From Obrimoposthia wandeli (Eukaryota), in contig CDROCS010002866.1 of assembly GCA_977020255.1 (NCBI GenBank), positions 248,001-312,000 on the forward strand: 64,000 nt of DNA. The letters run 5' to 3'. The notes under the pieces are model-generated. The model saw only the letters and a program-made list of their open reading frames with translations, was not told the DNA's origin and made no database searches. How positions within the stretch are numbered: the first letter of the stretch is position 1; every line of letters starts with the position of its first letter. A program made the position numbers and the translations under genes. Of the stretch, positions 31,331 to 45,257 are shown piece by piece.

Positions 31331-31939
31331 TTAAAGCTGCACGCCTGAGAAAGACATAAATCCAAGTGCCATAAGACCTACTGAAACAAAGGTAATACCT
31401 AAGCCTTGTAGACCTGCTGGAACGTCCGAGTATTTAAGTTTTTCACGAATACCTGCAAGTGTTGCAATAGCAAGTGCCCATCCAAGACCAGCACCAACAC
31501 CGTAAACAACTGATTCACCAAAGTTATAGTCACGTTCAACCATAAATAGTGCTGCACCCATAATGGCACAGTTAACAGTGATCAACGGTAGAAAAACACC
31601 TAAAGCGTTATAAAGCGCTGGAAAGTATTTATCTAACACCATCTCTAAGATTTGTACGATTGCTGCGATTACACCAATATATGAAATATAACCTAAGAAG
31701 CTAAGATCAACGTCCGGATAACCTGCCCAAGCAAGCGCTCCTTCTTTTAGTAATAGGTTGAACAATAAGTTGTTCACAGGCGTTGTAATTGCAAGTACTA
31801 CAATTACTGCCACACCTAAACCAATCGCTGTCTGTACCTTTTTAGATATCGCTAAGAAAGTACACATCCCTAAGAAAAAGGACAGTGCCATGTTTTCAAC
31901 GAAAACGGCTTTAACAAACAGACTAATATACTGTTCCAT
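31331..31939 (-). CDS. nqrE: Na+-NQR subunit E
   Basis: [28 protein letters not shown]. Confidence 0.97.
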   Translation of the reverse strand: MEQYISLFVKAVFVENMALSFFLGMCTFLAISKKVQTAIGLGVAVIVVLAITTPVNNLLFNLLLKEGALAWAGYPDVDLSFLGYISYIGVIAAIVQILEMVLDKYFPALYNALGVFLPLITVNCAIMGAALFMVERDYNFGESVVYGVGAGLGWALAIATLAGIREKLKYSDVPAGLQGLGITFVSVGLMALGFMSFSGVQL

Positions 31940-32598
31940 TATATCGCCTCCTTCTTAGAGTTACTGCAAATAACAAAGTCGGGCTTTTCAACTTGGCTGG
32001 TGTCGTAAGATCGAATAAGCCAAATCATCATACCAATGATGAAGAAAGCACTTGGTGGCAATAGTAATAAACCATTGCTCATGTACCAACCATCATTAGT
32101 GGCAAGCGGTAAAATTTCGATACCGAACAAACTACCCGATCCAAATAGCTCACGAATAAAGCCAACAAACATTAATACTGCGCCGTAACCTAAACCGTTT
32201 CCAATACCATCTAAGAATGATGGGATAGGCTCGTTCTTCATCGCGAATGCTTCTGCGCGACCCATAACGATACAGTTAGTAATGATTAGACCAACAAAAA
32301 CCGATAACTGCTTTGAAGTATCATAAGCAACCGCTTTGAGTATTTGGTCAACAACGATTACCAGTGATGCAATAATAGTCATTTGGCAGATGATGCGAAT
32401 AGAGCTCGGCATATGGTTACGTATCATTGATACGAACATACTTGAGAACGCTGTTACTACCATTACTGCTAAGGTCATAACCAAAGCTGTTTTAAGGTTT
32501 GATGTTACCGCTAAAGCTGAACAAACACCCAATATTTGCAATGCAATTGGGTTATTTGAAATGATAGGCTTAACGATCATATCTCTAGTTTCAGACAT
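31939..32598 (-). CDS. nqrD: Na+-NQR subunit D
   Basis: [29 protein letters not shown]. Confidence 0.97.
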   Translation of the reverse strand: MSETRDMIVKPIISNNPIALQILGVCSALAVTSNLKTALVMTLAVMVVTAFSSMFVSMIRNHMPSSIRIICQMTIIASLVIVVDQILKAVAYDTSKQLSVFVGLIITNCIVMGRAEAFAMKNEPIPSFLDGIGNGLGYGAVLMFVGFIRELFGSGSLFGIEILPLATNDGWYMSNGLLLLPPSAFFIIGMMIWLIRSYDTSQVEKPDFVICSNSKKEAI

Positions 32599-32601
32599 CG
32601 T

Positions 32602-33381
32602 TTAACTCTCCCCTGCTTTTAGATTGGTTAAGTAGGTCGCAAAACCATTAGAACCCATCCAGAACTGCACTAATTTAGTCACACCGTTACTGGTTATAGT
32701 AGCACCCGAAAGCGCGTCTACTTTAAACTCAGATCCAGCAGCGCCAGGCACTACCGCAGTTTTGACTAAGCCAATCTTAGGCTCCATTGAACCCGCTGCA
32801 TAAATTTTCTTACCCGGCCAAAGTGCTTTCCACTTAGGGTTATCAACTTCACCTCCAAGACCTGGAGTCTCAGCATGTGAGTAAAAACCAAAGCCTACAA
32901 CAGTATTCAAGTCATTTTCTATTGCCAAGAAACCGTACAAAGTTGACCACAAACCATAACCATGCACGGGCAAAATCACTTTATCAAGCTGATCTGCTTC
33001 ATTAACTAAGTACACAGGCATAACATTCGCCGTGCGCTTAATAGAAGCAATATCTTGCTTACGTGGAAGCGCAGTTGAAAGTGCAGGATCTTTCGATGCA
33101 CGTTTTGAATCTTTATAGCCTGCAGGTTTTTCTACGTATTTACCTGTTTTCAAATCAACATACTTAGGTATGATTTTTTCTTTGAAAAGAGCAATTACAT
33201 CCTTACCTTGATAATCAATTTTAGCCGCCGCAAGGATATTACTTTGTCTATCCAATTCTTTATTGGCGATTTGCTGTGGTTTCAAAAGCACTGCTGCTGC
33301 TGAAACGATGACCGAGCAAACTACACAAAGTAATACAGTTACAGTAACTGTTCTACCTATCGTATCGTTATTAGCTGCCAT
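32602..33381 (-). CDS. nqrC: Na+-NQR subunit C
   Basis: [22 protein letters not shown]-attachment motif. Confidence 0.96.
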   Translation of the reverse strand: MAANNDTIGRTVTVTVLLCVVCSVIVSAAAVLLKPQQIANKELDRQSNILAAAKIDYQGKDVIALFKEKIIPKYVDLKTGKYVEKPAGYKDSKRASKDPALSTALPRKQDIASIKRTANVMPVYLVNEADQLDKVILPVHGYGLWSTLYGFLAIENDLNTVVGFGFYSHAETPGLGGEVDNPKWKALWPGKKIYAAGSMEPKIGLVKTAVVPGAAGSEFKVDALSGATITSNGVTKLVQFWMGSNGFATYLTNLKAGES

Positions 33382-34579
33382 GACGTAATAACCTCCGCTT
33401 AATATTTGCTTGAACTACGAAGTTATCAATTAGCGGGGCAAATAGATTACCGAATAGGATTGCTAACATCATCCCCTCTGGGAACGCTGGGTTAACAACA
33501 CGAATCAATATCACCATTACTCCAATAAGAGCACCAAAGTACCATTTACCAGTATCTGTCATAGAAGCTGAGATAGGATCCGTGGCCATAAAGAACAAGC
33601 CGAAGGCAAAGCCACCTAAAACAAAGTGCCAGTAGAAAGGCATATCAAACATTGGGTTAGTATCAGATCCAATCATGTTAAAGATGACACTCATAACGAC
33701 CATGCCTGCAATAACACCTGCGACAATACGCCATGCGGCTATTCTCATCGCAACTAACAATCCACCACCTAGTAAGATAGCCAGCGTCGATACTTCACCA
33801 ACAGAGCCTGGAATAGTACCGATGAAGGCGTCCATCCAAGTAATGTTCTGTGCAATAACAGCATCTAAGCCGCCAGTAGCTGCTAGTCCTAATGGAGTTG
33901 CACCGGTGAAACCATCAACGGCTGTCCAAACTGCATCACCTGACATTTGTGCAGGATAAGCAAAGAACAAGAAAGCACGTCCGGTAAGCGCTGGGTTAAG
34001 GAAGTTTTTACCTGTACCACCAAACACTTCTTTACCAATCACAACACCAAAGCTGATACCTAAGGCAACTTGCCATAATGGGGTATCAGGCGGTAATGTT
34101 AGTGCGAACAAAATAGAAGTAACAAAGAAACCTTCGTTCACTTCGTGCCCGCGCTTCATGGCAAACAATACTTCCCAGAATCCACCAACAATAAATGTTG
34201 TTGCATAAATAGGTAGCCAGAAAATAGCACCGTAAGCTAGGTTATCCCAGATGCTGTTGACATCAAAACTTGTCAACGCACCGGCTAATGCACCGCGCCA
34301 ACCTGCTACTTCTGATACACCCAGTACATCTAATGCAGTATTCGCTTGTAAACCTAAGTTATACATACCAAAGAACATAGCTGGGAAAGTACATGCCCAA
34401 ACCAAGATCATCATGCGCTTCAAGTCAATACCATCACGTACGTGAGATGCTGCTTTAGTCACCTGACCTGGTGTGTAGAAAATAGTATCAGCAGCTTCAT
34501 AAAGTGCGTACCAGTTTTCGTATTTGCCACCTTTGTGAAAGTGTGGCTCCATTTTATCAAGAATATTTCTCAAACTCAT
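33371..34579 (-). CDS. nqrB: Na+-NQR subunit B
   Basis: [34 protein letters not shown]. Confidence 0.97.
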   Translation of the reverse strand: MSLRNILDKMEPHFHKGGKYENWYALYEAADTIFYTPGQVTKAASHVRDGIDLKRMMILVWACTFPAMFFGMYNLGLQANTALDVLGVSEVAGWRGALAGALTSFDVNSIWDNLAYGAIFWLPIYATTFIVGGFWEVLFAMKRGHEVNEGFFVTSILFALTLPPDTPLWQVALGISFGVVIGKEVFGGTGKNFLNPALTGRAFLFFAYPAQMSGDAVWTAVDGFTGATPLGLAATGGLDAVIAQNITWMDAFIGTIPGSVGEVSTLAILLGGGLLVAMRIAAWRIVAGVIAGMVVMSVIFNMIGSDTNPMFDMPFYWHFVLGGFAFGLFFMATDPISASMTDTGKWYFGALIGVMVILIRVVNPAFPEGMMLAILFGNLFAPLIDNFVVQANIKRRLLRHGS

Positions 34580-34583
34580 GACA

Positions 34584-35933
34584 TTAAGCCTCTCTCTCGA
34601 TGCGTGTTAAATTATCGCGAAGAATTGGGCCGTATTCGTACTTACCTGGGCAGGCAAAAGTACAAAGAGCTAAATCTTCTTCATCGAGTTCTAAAGCACC
34701 TAATTCCATCGCAGCGACAATATCACCCGTTACAATGGCACGTAGCAATTGTGTCGGTAAAATATCTAAAGGTACTAATTTTTCAAACTGGCCCACTGGT
34801 AGCATCGCTCTTTCAGAGCCATTAGTGGTGGTTGTAAAATTAAACTTTTTAGCTTTGTTTAGCGCTGATGTAAAAACGTTAAGTACTGAGAATTGATTTG
34901 CGCCAGGCACTGCCCAACCCATGAATTCACGTTTATCACCTTGCTTTAGTACAGTTACTTGGTTGGCATAACGCCCTAAGTAATCAAGTGCTCCTGCAGC
35001 TGTTCGTCCATTCCAAACTGATCCGGAAATAACACGATTACCCGCTACATCTGCAATACCTGCGATTAAATCGCTGATTTTGGCACCCACTCTGGTTTTA
35101 ACCAGCTTAGGACTATCTACAACGGGTCCTGCTATAGAAATAAAGCGTTCTACTGATAGTTTACCTTCAGTGAACAATTTACCAATAGCGACCACATCTT
35201 GATAACCAATCGTCCAAACGATGTGTTTGCGTGAAACAGGATCTAAATAATTGATATGTGTACCTGCGTTACCCGCAGGGTGCATACCAGAAAACTCTTC
35301 TACTGTTACGCCATCGGCTGTTGGAATATCAGCACCGCTAGCTTTACATAGAAAAACTTTACCTGTTGTCATTTTAGTAAGAATGCTAAGGCCATTACTA
35401 AAATCTGCACTATTTTGTGCAATCACCAGCGCTGGATCAGCGGCTAATGGATTAGTATCAATAGCCGTTACAAAAATTGACTTGGCGCTTGTTCCACTAG
35501 CAGGTACTTTAGAAAAAGGGCGGGTACGCAAAGCGCTCCACAATCCTGATGCCTGTAACTGCTCTGCTATTTTTTGCGAAGTTAGCTGCGCTAAATCACC
35601 AATAGAGTATTTATCAAACTCTACCGACTCTTCAGTTTCATCCACTTCAATTACTACAGAGAGCAACGCACGTCGCTCTCCCCGGTTTATCTCTTTTACA
35701 GTTCCAGCGGCTGGTGCTGTAAAATGGACACCTTCTGTTTTCTTGTCAGAAAAGATCACTTGACCGAGTTTAACTCGGTCCCCCACCTTGACGGCCATCG
35801 TTGGTTTACAACCAACGTAGTCAGGGCCACTCACGGCGACCGAACGCACTTGCGAAGACACAGAAACTTCCTGTGCCGCAGTGCCTAAAATCGGCAGATC
35901 TAGACCTTTGTTGATCTTGATCATACACTTCAC
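34584..35933 (-). CDS. nqrA: Na+-NQR subunit A
   Basis: [38 protein letters not shown]. Confidence 0.97.
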   Translation of the reverse strand: MKCMIKINKGLDLPILGTAAQEVSVSSQVRSVAVSGPDYVGCKPTMAVKVGDRVKLGQVIFSDKKTEGVHFTAPAAGTVKEINRGERRALLSVVIEVDETEESVEFDKYSIGDLAQLTSQKIAEQLQASGLWSALRTRPFSKVPASGTSAKSIFVTAIDTNPLAADPALVIAQNSADFSNGLSILTKMTTGKVFLCKASGADIPTADGVTVEEFSGMHPAGNAGTHINYLDPVSRKHIVWTIGYQDVVAIGKLFTEGKLSVERFISIAGPVVDSPKLVKTRVGAKISDLIAGIADVAGNRVISGSVWNGRTAAGALDYLGRYANQVTVLKQGDKREFMGWAVPGANQFSVLNVFTSALNKAKKFNFTTTTNGSERAMLPVGQFEKLVPLDILPTQLLRAIVTGDIVAAMELGALELDEEDLALCTFACPGKYEYGPILRDNLTRIEREA

Positions 35934-36268
35934 CCAATCACGATTATAAATTTAGAGAAACTGTTGCTGTGTGCTTGGTTCATAAAAACCTTTAGCACGA
36001 CGTGTTTATTAATTATACGACAACGAATTTTCCCACCAAAAAACTTGTCGATTATACATGAGCTTAGAGGTTCTATCATAGACGGCTTAGCCAGAAACCT
36101 GCCAAAAATACAAAAAAAACACCTTATTCACCTAAAATCTACCTTTTCAACAGCTAGAATAATTCTTATTATCAATAAAACTGGCAGCTTTTAACCTAGC
36201 TGTTTACAGATAATTAAAACAACCCTTTTTACCCGTTTGAGCACTATCACTTTGGCTATATAACAGGC

Positions 36269-36295
36269 AAAAAAAAGCCTAGTACACACTAGGCC
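36269..36295 (-). terminator. Intrinsic terminator after aspS
   Basis: Minus strand GCCTAGT-GTGT-ACTAGGC followed by a T-run. Confidence 0.7.
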
Positions 36296-36375
36296 TTAAA
36301 CTAATCTTCTAAAATCAACTCTACCCATAGCTAAGCTATATCTAACAAGCTCAGCTTCGGTTTCTGTTCAAGAGT

Positions 36376-38145
36376 TTAGACTTTAATTTTTTCACGCAGT
36401 TTAATATGCAATTCTTTCAACTGCTCTTTGCTGACTATCCCCGGCGCATTTGTCAAAGGACAAGCCGCTGTCTGAGTCTTCGGAAAGGCAATGACCTCAC
36501 GAATCGATTCAGTACCACACATCAACATAATAAGACGATCTAAACCGAACGCTAACCCGCCGTGCGGTGGTGCACCATACTTCAAACCATTAAGTAAAAA
36601 GCCAAATTTCTCTTCTGCTTCTTCATCAGAAATACCCAAACAGCGGAAAACTGCTTTTTGCATTTCACTATCATGAATACGAATAGATCCACCACCGAGC
36701 TCACAGCCATTAAGCACCATATCGTATGCATCTGATTGCGCAGTTAGTGGGCTTGCCTCAAGTTCTTCTACAGAGCAACTAGGAGAGGTAAATGGATGAT
36801 GGATAGCAGTAATCCCACCATCTGATGTCTTTTCAAACATTGGCCAATCAACCACCCAAAGTGGCGCCCATTCACAGGTAAGCATATCTAAATCAACACC
36901 GACTTTATTACGTAACGCACCTAACGCTTCGTTTACAACGTTGGTTTTATCAGCACCAAAGAAGACTAAATCGCCATCTTTTGCGCCTAAACGCTCCATA
37001 ATTTGTAGCGCAACTTCTTCACCTAAGAACTTAACGATAGGTGACTGTAAACCTTCAGCGCCTTTAGCTAGATCGTTAACTTTGATCCATGCTAAGCCAC
37101 GTGCACCATAGATGCTTACGAACTTAGTGTATTCATCAATTAACTTACGCGTTAACGAAGCGCCGCCGGGCACTTTAAGTGCAGCAACACGCGAATCAGC
37201 ATCGTTCGCAGGACCTGCAAACACCTTAAACTCGATATTTGCCATTAAGTCACCAACGTCAACTAGCTCCATTGGGTTACGTAAATCAGGCTTATCAGAT
37301 CCAAAGCGTAACATTGCATCGGCATATGTCATGCGCGGGAATTCGCCCAAATCAACATTGATCTTTTCTTGGAACAAACCTGTAATCATTTTCTCAGTCA
37401 CGGCCATGATTTCATCTTGGCTCATGAATGACATTTCTATATCAATCTGAGTAAATTCTGGCTGGCGATCTGCACGCAAATCTTCATCCCGAAAACATCT
37501 CGCAATCTGATAGTAGCGATCAAACCCTGAAACCATTAACAACTGTTTAAAAAGCTGTGGAGATTGCGGTAATGCAAAAAAACTGCCTTCATGCGTACGC
37601 GATGGCACGATGTAATCACGCGCACCTTCAGGAGTCGCTCGCGTTAAAATAGGTGTTTCTATATCTAGGAAACCATTATCATCTAAGTAGTTGCGAATAT
37701 ACGAACTAACTTTTGCACGTAAACGCAGCTTTTGCTGCATTTCAGGCCGGCGCAAATCCATGAAACGATTCTTTAAACGAACTTCTTCACTTACTTGCTG
37801 ATGATCATCTAACTGGAATGGTGGCGTCTCAGATTTATTGAGAATAACCAACTCTTTACCTAAAACTTCGATTTCACCTGTACCCATATCTGGGTTAACA
37901 GTCCCTTGAGGACGATTTCGAACCAGACCTTTAATTTCGATAACGAATTCATTACGCACAGCATTAGCAATCGCGAAACTAGCTTCTCTATCTGGATCAA
38001 ATACGACTTGTACTATTCCTTCGCGATCACGTACATCTAAAAATATAACTCCACCGTGATCTCGACGACGATGAACCCAGCCGACTAGTGTAACTTCTTC
38101 ATCTACTTGCTGTAATCGCAAGTCACCGCAATAATGGCTGCGCAT
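36376..38145 (-). CDS. aspS: Aspartate--tRNA ligase
   Basis: [52 protein letters not shown]. Confidence 0.99.
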   Translation of the reverse strand: MRSHYCGDLRLQQVDEEVTLVGWVHRRRDHGGVIFLDVRDREGIVQVVFDPDREASFAIANAVRNEFVIEIKGLVRNRPQGTVNPDMGTGEIEVLGKELVILNKSETPPFQLDDHQQVSEEVRLKNRFMDLRRPEMQQKLRLRAKVSSYIRNYLDDNGFLDIETPILTRATPEGARDYIVPSRTHEGSFFALPQSPQLFKQLLMVSGFDRYYQIARCFRDEDLRADRQPEFTQIDIEMSFMSQDEIMAVTEKMITGLFQEKINVDLGEFPRMTYADAMLRFGSDKPDLRNPMELVDVGDLMANIEFKVFAGPANDADSRVAALKVPGGASLTRKLIDEYTKFVSIYGARGLAWIKVNDLAKGAEGLQSPIVKFLGEEVALQIMERLGAKDGDLVFFGADKTNVVNEALGALRNKVGVDLDMLTCEWAPLWVVDWPMFEKTSDGGITAIHHPFTSPSCSVEELEASPLTAQSDAYDMVLNGCELGGGSIRIHDSEMQKAVFRCLGISDEEAEEKFGFLLNGLKYGAPPHGGLAFGLDRLIMLMCGTESIREVIAFPKTQTAACPLTNAPGIVSKEQLKELHIKLREKIKV

Positions 38146-38334
38146 AATTTATTCCTATTGAAATTGTCTAATAAAAAAATATTTAATGTACTACTAGGCA
38201 TGTGCATATCTAAAATCCACTCTACCGAGTACTCTTGAAAGCTTGTATTGTGATCTTACTCGCCGCTTTCACTTAAATAAATTCACAGCGGTTTAAGGCG
38301 TTTATTTATTAAGTGTATATCTCGCATTTTTAAA

Positions 38335-38592
38335 CTAATCTGCAGGCTTGTCAGCAGTTTTTGCTGGAGCGCTGGCTTTTTCCTCAGCACCGGCAAGGTT
38401 TTTCTTTTTGCCTGTTTTAAAATCAGTTTCGTACCAGCCACTTCCCGCTAATCTAAAAGCAGGCGCTGACATTTGTTTAGTTACTTGATCGCTATCACAA
38501 GTAATACAATTAGGTGCAGGCGCATCACTTTTCATTACTAACTTTTCAAACTCGTGACCGCATTTTCCGCACGCATAATCAAAAATAGGCAT
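38335..38592 (-). CDS. FmdB family zinc-ribbon protein
   Basis: MPIFDYACGKCGH...CITC...GSGWYETDF. Confidence 0.9.
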   Translation of the reverse strand: MPIFDYACGKCGHEFEKLVMKSDAPAPNCITCDSDQVTKQMSAPAFRLAGSGWYETDFKTGKKKNLAGAEEKASAPAKTADKPAD

Positions 38593-38805
38593 CGTTGTGT
38601 CCAAAATAATCAAAGCGGCGAATTATACCTCAATATTTTGCATTTGTGTGTGGAAAAACCGATTATTCCTAGATTGATTTAACTGCTGCTCTTAATTAAC
38701 ACTTATTCGCTCTACATTGAAACTTTCACAGTGATCGCCCATAGATAATGCTGCTCATAATTAAAAACTTACTGCCTGTATTTAAATAACTTTTTGCAGA
38801 AGCAC

Positions 38806-39261
38806 TCAAGTAATAGGCACAAATCCCAGTTTTGACTCTAACAACAAAGCTACTCTTTCACGAATAGCTACAATTTCTGATGCTTCATACGCAACAGCTG
38901 GCTGCTTACCCCAAATAGGCGCAGGCCATGCGATATCTGTTTCATAGCGAACCACATGATGCACGTGCAATTGCTTAACCACATTGCCTAGTGCGGCAAC
39001 ATTCATTTTTTTAGCGCTAAACCCGTCAGCCAGTGCCGCGCTTAAATCGCACGATTCGATCATCATTTGCGCTCGATCTTCGAGTGACAAATGATACATT
39101 TCGCAGACCCCCTCCCTGCGCGGCACTAACACAAACCATGGAAATTGACTGTCATTGATCAGCAGTAATCTACATAACGGCATTTCACCTAAAAAAACAC
39201 TATCACTAGCTAACTGTGCATCTAACTCAAACCCAAGCTCTAATTTATTCATCACAACCAC
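38806..39261 (-). CDS. HIT family protein
   Basis: LLINDSQFPW, LGNVVKQLHVHHV histidine triad. Confidence 0.9.
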   Translation of the reverse strand: MVVMNKLELGFELDAQLASDSVFLGEMPLCRLLLINDSQFPWFVLVPRREGVCEMYHLSLEDRAQMMIESCDLSAALADGFSAKKMNVAALGNVVKQLHVHHVVRYETDIAWPAPIWGKQPAVAYEASEIVAIRERVALLLESKLGFVPIT

Positions 39262-39588
39262 CTCAATTTATATTAAAAATACTATGACAATTAGCCGTTG
39301 CCCTAGCAATGAATTTATAGCAACACAATTAAAGACATAACATTCACAAAATCTAAGGATTAACTTTTAGTCATTAGTTTATATGCAGAGCCTCATACTC
39401 ACCTAGCTACCTAATATTGAAATCAAACACTCAGGCTCTACCAAATAAGAACCGATAATCACTGCAGTTTCTAATACAACTTGTTAAAATCAAACAATAC
39501 TAATATAAACAAAAGCCTGTTTAGCTAGCATGGTAAAACATTGCGCGATAGTGCCTCAATAAAACACATCAAAAGATACTTGCTAACT

Positions 39589-40740
39589 ATGAGCTTTGAA
39601 TTAAAATTATTAAACAGCATTCACCAACTAAAAGCCCAACAATGGAACCAATTAAGCGGTGATCATTATCCATTTTTGCGCCATGAATTCTTTAGTGCAT
39701 TAGAAGATAGCAAATGTACTAGCCTTAAAACAGGCTGGCAACCTGCTCATGTCGCTGTTTACCAGCACACTAAGCTTATTTGTATAATGCCCATGTATCA
39801 AAAAACTAACTCGAACGGTGAGTACGTATTTGATTGGGACTGGGCTAATGCCTATGAAAGCCACCAGCTAGATTATTATCCCAAATTGCTTACGGCTATT
39901 CCTTTTAGCCCTTGTTACGGGCCGCGCATTGCAAGTAGTATCCCCTTAGCTGAAATACTTCCTTTTATCATTGAGCAGCTAAAACAGTTATGTACTGAAT
40001 TCGGTTTTTCTGGATGGCATGGATTATTCTTTAGCAGCGCTGATGCTGCTCTTTTAAGCAATCAGTCATTACTAACGCGCGAAGGTATTCAGTATCACTG
40101 GCAAAATAAAAACTATCTTGATTTTAACCATTATCTGGCGAGCTTTAACTCACGAAAACGCAAAAACATTAATCGTGAACGACGCATTGTAAGTGAACAA
40201 AAGGTGGTAATAAAAGCAATTGAAGGCGCTGATATTTCACCCCAATTACTAACAGAATTTTATTACTGCTACCATTTAACCTACCTCAAGCGCGGCCGCC
40301 AAGGCTATTTAAACCTTGAATTCTTCCAATTATTACTAGCAAAACTAGCACAACATATAGTGCTGTTCGTCGCGAGCCATGAAGGAAAAACCGTGGCTTG
40401 CGCATGGTGCTTTAAAAGCACTGATCCCCAGAACTCTGTACTCTATGGCCGCTACTGGGGGTGTTTAGATAATTTCGACAGCCTGCATTTCGAAACTTGT
40501 TACTATCAAGGCATAGAGTATTGTATAGCGAACAACATTCAACGATTTGATCCAGGCGCACAGGGCGAGCATAAAATTCAGCGCGGCTTCGAGCCCATTA
40601 CAACTTACTCAAATCACTATATTGCACACCCCCAATTTAGCGATGCTATTGAAGACTTCCTAGAAAGAGAGCGCGCTGCAATACAAGAACACAAACAACA
40701 CCTCACTACACTACTACCTTTTAAACAAGAGCAGCCTTAA
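39589..40740 (+). CDS. GNAT/FemAB-like acyltransferase (DUF482-type)
   Basis: [44 protein letters not shown]. Confidence 0.88.
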   Translation: MSFELKLLNSIHQLKAQQWNQLSGDHYPFLRHEFFSALEDSKCTSLKTGWQPAHVAVYQHTKLICIMPMYQKTNSNGEYVFDWDWANAYESHQLDYYPKLLTAIPFSPCYGPRIASSIPLAEILPFIIEQLKQLCTEFGFSGWHGLFFSSADAALLSNQSLLTREGIQYHWQNKNYLDFNHYLASFNSRKRKNINRERRIVSEQKVVIKAIEGADISPQLLTEFYYCYHLTYLKRGRQGYLNLEFFQLLLAKLAQHIVLFVASHEGKTVACAWCFKSTDPQNSVLYGRYWGCLDNFDSLHFETCYYQGIEYCIANNIQRFDPGAQGEHKIQRGFEPITTYSNHYIAHPQFSDAIEDFLERERAAIQEHKQHLTTLLPFKQEQP

Positions 40741-41726
40741 CTCACATTAGTAGCTTCTATAATTTGTACTGGGTTTGCTCTAGGTTTGCTGATATTCACC
40801 TGGTGAGTATCAGAGTATTCATACTGAGTACGCTCAGCGTTTCTATCAATGCTCAAATTCTCAAAATCAAATAATGCGCGATCAGACATTTGACTCGGTG
40901 CAATATTTTGCATAGCACCAAAAATACTTTCGATACGACCAGGGCTATCTACTTCCCACTCATGCAACATTGCTTTAATATTCTGACGCTGCAAATTTTC
41001 TTGCGAGCCGCACAAGTTACAAGGAATTATTGGAAACCCTTTATGCTCGGCATATTCAATAATATCTTTCTCTCGCGCATACGCTAATGGCCGTATTACG
41101 ATATTTCGACCATCATCAGAGCGTAATTTCGGTGGCATACCCGCCATTCTGCCACCATGAAACATATTTAAAAACAGCGTTTCAATAATGTCATCTTTGT
41201 GGTGACCTAAAGCAATTTTGTTAGCGCCAATTTCTTCGGCAAACGAATACAAAGTGCCGCGGCGTAATCTTGAGCAAAGCCCACAGGTCTTTCTACCTTC
41301 AGGTACTTTACTGCGCACTACTGAATAAGTATCGCGCTCAACAATATAATATTCTATTGCTAGCTTTTCCAAATACTCAGGCAAAATATGCTCTGGAAAA
41401 CCCGGCTGCTTTTGATCAAGGTTTACGGCGATCAATTCAAAATCCACTGGCGCATTACGCTGCAAACTCAGCAGTAAATCAAGCATCACAAAAGAATCTT
41501 TCCCACCAGAAAGGCACACCATAATGCGATCCCCCTGGGCTATCATTTTGTAATCAATAACTGCACGACCCACTTCTCGGCGTAACTTGCGCTGAATTTT
41601 ATTTAGCAATGCACTATTGCTTTTCGCGCTTTCACCTTTAGCTGTATTTGCAGCTTCATCTGTAAGGACATCTGCTGATTCACAAGTAACTGGCGCTGGG
41701 TTTGATTGCTTCATTTTGCTCTGCAT
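40737..41726 (-). CDS. ttcA: tRNA 2-thiocytidine(32) synthetase
   Basis: SGGKDS PP-loop, [20 protein letters not shown]. Confidence 0.96.
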   Translation of the reverse strand: MQSKMKQSNPAPVTCESADVLTDEAANTAKGESAKSNSALLNKIQRKLRREVGRAVIDYKMIAQGDRIMVCLSGGKDSFVMLDLLLSLQRNAPVDFELIAVNLDQKQPGFPEHILPEYLEKLAIEYYIVERDTYSVVRSKVPEGRKTCGLCSRLRRGTLYSFAEEIGANKIALGHHKDDIIETLFLNMFHGGRMAGMPPKLRSDDGRNIVIRPLAYAREKDIIEYAEHKGFPIIPCNLCGSQENLQRQNIKAMLHEWEVDSPGRIESIFGAMQNIAPSQMSDRALFDFENLSIDRNAERTQYEYSDTHQVNISKPRANPVQIIEATNVS

Positions 41727-41779
41727 TTAAAAATCTGCCAGTTAAAAGTAAAAATATTGATAGCTAAAAAATGATCTAC

Positions 41780-42409
41780 TTATAGGTCGGGTTCGCTAGT
41801 AGCACTCAAAACAGGTATACCGCTATGAAAACGAAACTCATCATCATCACTTAGAATTAACTGTTCTTCTAATTTTCGAAACTCTTCTATACGCGCATCG
41901 ATAGGTTCATCTGCGTATGATTGCGCTAGCTGTAAGTAATCTTGGTAATGACGCCCTTCTGATTTTAATAGCGAAGTATAAAAGCGCTCTAATTCAGGAT
42001 CTAAAAACGGCGCTAGTTTTGCAAAGCGTTCACAAGAGCGCGCTTCTACGAAAGCACCTATGATTAAGATATCAATCAACCTTTGAGGCTCGTGCGTTTT
42101 AACAATCTTACGCAACCCTGCTGCATACCGAGAAGCATTTAAATGTACATATTCAATACCTCTATCTTCCATCAATGCCAATACTTGCTCAAAGTGGATT
42201 AACTCTTCACGCGCTAGACGTGACATTTTCTTTAACAAATCAGGCCTATCTACATAACGAAACATCAGTGTCATTGCAGTAGAGGCTGCTTTTTTTTCAC
42301 AATGTGCATGGTCAATTAACATCAATGATTGCTGTGTTAAAGCGACATCAATCCATGCCTGTGGAGTTTCACAAGGCAGAAAACGTTTAATTTCATCTAG
42401 GGCGGTCAT
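41780..42409 (-). CDS. miaE: tRNA-(ms2io6A)-hydroxylase
   Basis: DHAHCEKKAA, LAREELIHF, EARSCERF, SEGRHY, RFHSG. Confidence 0.95.
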   Translation of the reverse strand: MTALDEIKRFLPCETPQAWIDVALTQQSLMLIDHAHCEKKAASTAMTLMFRYVDRPDLLKKMSRLAREELIHFEQVLALMEDRGIEYVHLNASRYAAGLRKIVKTHEPQRLIDILIIGAFVEARSCERFAKLAPFLDPELERFYTSLLKSEGRHYQDYLQLAQSYADEPIDARIEEFRKLEEQLILSDDDEFRFHSGIPVLSATSEPDL

Positions 42410-42536
42410 GATCTATCCTTATTTAGAAGGCCGCTATTATACGCCCACCGTGCCCAGAGTCCAAGCGTCATTGCGCTGCTTTAAGCCTATGATAGCAATT
42501 GCTATAAAAGTGCTTTAAGAGATAAAAATATATCCG

Positions 42537-43304
42537 TTAGTTCATCCCCCCTGATACATTAATACTATCGCCTGTGCTAAAGGAAGAAAGTGACGAGACC
42601 AGCCAATAAATAGCTTGTGCAACTTCCTCAGGCTCTCCACCTCGCCCTAAAGGTAGATTCTCTTTTACTCTATCAACCCTGCTAGGCTCACCCCCATCTG
42701 CATGCATATCTGTATAAATCAAGCCTGGGCGCACACCGTTTACTCTTATGCCTTCTCGGCTCACTTCTTTAGCTAAACCACGTGTTAATGTGTCAATTGC
42801 TCCTTTACTCGCTGCGTAATCCAGATATTCATTTGGCGAGCCTGTTAAAGCAGCCAAAGAAGATACATTTACAATACTGCCACCGCGCCCTCCATGCTTA
42901 AAGGCCATACGTAATACAGCTTCTCTAGCACACAGGAAATAGCTAGTGATGTTAGTACTAAACATTTTATTAAGCCGTGCTTGGCTGACATCTTCTATGC
43001 TTAATTGAGGCAGCATAAGCGCAGCATTGTTGACTAATGCTGTAACCACACCCAACTCAACATCGACTTGTGCAAACATAGCCACAACCTGCTCCTCTTG
43101 CGCCATATCACCTTTAAATAGCATGCAACGACGACCAAGCGCGTGTGCCCCGTGCTGAGCTATTTTCGCCGCACCATCATTAGCAATATAGTTGATACAT
43201 AAATCATAACCGTGACGAGCTAATAGCAGGGAAGTTGCAAGACCTATTCCGCGGCTACCGCCCGTCACAATCGCAATTTTTGGTGAGTTTGTAGCAATAG
43301 TCAT
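42537..43304 (-). CDS. Short-chain dehydrogenase/reductase
   Basis: TGGSRGIG, VNNAA, VNVSS, YAASKGA. Confidence 0.93.
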   Translation of the reverse strand: MTIATNSPKIAIVTGGSRGIGLATSLLLARHGYDLCINYIANDGAAKIAQHGAHALGRRCMLFKGDMAQEEQVVAMFAQVDVELGVVTALVNNAALMLPQLSIEDVSQARLNKMFSTNITSYFLCAREAVLRMAFKHGGRGGSIVNVSSLAALTGSPNEYLDYAASKGAIDTLTRGLAKEVSREGIRVNGVRPGLIYTDMHADGGEPSRVDRVKENLPLGRGGEPEEVAQAIYWLVSSLSSFSTGDSINVSGGMN

Positions 43305-43503
43305 ATGTATATCTCTTAGTTAGGCTCGCACAAAGCTAAAGCCTTTTAATATAAAGATAGCCGCTGAATAATTAAGATGCTTTATAGCCAGCTGAGCGAA
43401 TTAAGTAGCCGTAGCATGAATAGCAAGCGCTCTGCCTCAATATTAGATCTGTAAAGCAAGGGTTATAATAAAGCCGTAAAGTAGAATGTTAGCTAAGCGC
43501 TAA

Positions 43504-44103
43504 TCAATTCAAGCAATTAAGCTTTACTAGCTCTTCTTTGCATTGGGCGGGATACTTAAAGAGTAACGGCGTAATACCAAACTTAGCCGCAGCCTCTACA
43601 TTTTCATGCATATCATCAATGAAAATAGATTGCTGTGGATCAAGCTTATACGTTGATAGAATGTGCTCAAAGATAATGGCGTCTGGCTTAACTTGCTTAA
43701 TATCACACGAAAATACTGTGCCTTTAAAATGATGCCAAAAATCATAATGGTGCAACAAATGCTCTTTTGCAGCGCTATGCATATTTGATAACACATATAG
43801 GTGATGATCAGTGTCCGCTAAATCTTCTATCAGCTGAACCGTATCAGGCTTTGGCAACAATGCGCCTGGCAGCGCATCCAGCAAAGGCGCAACTTGCGAT
43901 TCAAGTAAGCCGCTACGTTGCGCGCAACGCTTTATAGCGGTACTTTTATCTAAAGTACCTCGATCAAGCTCTAGCCAATCTGAATGCTGTAACAGCTCTT
44001 TTTTTACAAGTTCTCGTACAGAGGCATTACCGTAAACTGATTTGATAAATACATCTGGCGCCCAATCAAAAACAACACCACCGAGATCAAAAATAATATT
44101 CAT
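43504..44103 (-). CDS. HAD family phosphatase
   Basis: FDLGGV, LSN, KPD, FIDD motifs. Confidence 0.9.
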   Translation of the reverse strand: MNIIFDLGGVVFDWAPDVFIKSVYGNASVRELVKKELLQHSDWLELDRGTLDKSTAIKRCAQRSGLLESQVAPLLDALPGALLPKPDTVQLIEDLADTDHHLYVLSNMHSAAKEHLLHHYDFWHHFKGTVFSCDIKQVKPDAIIFEHILSTYKLDPQQSIFIDDMHENVEAAAKFGITPLLFKYPAQCKEELVKLNCLN

Positions 44104-44154
44104 TAATGCAAATCCTTTTGTATGCGCCCTTAAACTCAACTAAAGAGGAATCGC

Positions 44155-45078
44155 TTAAGACTCCTCTTCGCCGTCTAAATCATATGGCGTAATTTGATAT
44201 ACGTAATAATTCAACCAATTACCAAACAGTAAACTGGCATGAGAGCGCCAAGTGCTGCAAGGCTTGCTATTAGGATCGTCATCTGGAAAGTAACCACTAG
44301 GGACTTGAGTCTCGCTATCTACTTCAAGATCACGCCAATATTCTTGAGACAAAGTGTCTGCATCATACTCAGGGTGACCTGTCACAAACACTTTCTTGCG
44401 ATCATTACTTGCCATTAAATACACACCAGCCTCTTCTGAGCTGGCCAATATATTTAAATCAGTATGACTTTTAATAACATTTACTGGATAATCAGCAAAG
44501 CGTGAATGCGGCGCTTTAAAGTAATCATCAAACCCGCGAGTTAATGTTTCATGCTTATGACTGGTTTTATGCTGATAAATACCCGAAAGTTTTTGATCTC
44601 GTAGCTTTTTTGGCAAATCATAAAATAAGTTTAAAGCCGCTTCTACCGCCCAACATAAAAACATGGTTGAAGTAACATGATCTTGCGACCAATGAATAAT
44701 TTCAGCAACTTCATCTTTATAACGCACTTCCTCCCAAGGTACTTTGCCTAAGGGCGCTCCCGTCACAATTAGCCCGTCATAATGATCGTTTTTGATATCT
44801 TCAAAATCACGATAAAAACTATTTAGATGCGCAATAGGGGTATTCTTACTTTCTGCATTATCAATACGTAATAACTCAAAATCTATCTGTAGCGGGCTGT
44901 TAGCGAGCATTCTGATTAGCTGGTTTTCTGTCTCTATCTTTTTAGGCATTAAATTAAGAAGCAATACTTTAAGGGGGCGAACATCTTGATGCGCCGCTCT
45001 TGTTTCGGTCATCACAAAAACGTTCTCACCGTTTAACAAGTCAACAGCGGGTAATAAATCTGGAATTCTAATTGGCAT
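44155..45078 (-). CDS. metA: Homoserine O-succinyltransferase
   Basis: [28 protein letters not shown]. Confidence 0.95.
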   Translation of the reverse strand: MPIRIPDLLPAVDLLNGENVFVMTETRAAHQDVRPLKVLLLNLMPKKIETENQLIRMLANSPLQIDFELLRIDNAESKNTPIAHLNSFYRDFEDIKNDHYDGLIVTGAPLGKVPWEEVRYKDEVAEIIHWSQDHVTSTMFLCWAVEAALNLFYDLPKKLRDQKLSGIYQHKTSHKHETLTRGFDDYFKAPHSRFADYPVNVIKSHTDLNILASSEEAGVYLMASNDRKKVFVTGHPEYDADTLSQEYWRDLEVDSETQVPSGYFPDDDPNSKPCSTWRSHASLLFGNWLNYYVYQITPYDLDGEEES

Positions 45079-45257
45079 AGCAACCTCTACTTCTACTTAA
45101 TATTCTTACTTTAATCGATGACTTTAAAATTAAAGGGATTCAAATATCCATTTATTTTTTCATTAACATCTACCATCGTTCTTTAAATTACTGCTTTTAT
45201 TGCGCTATTTTAATAGGTAAAAACTTTTATACACTGCCTCCCCATCATTAATACATA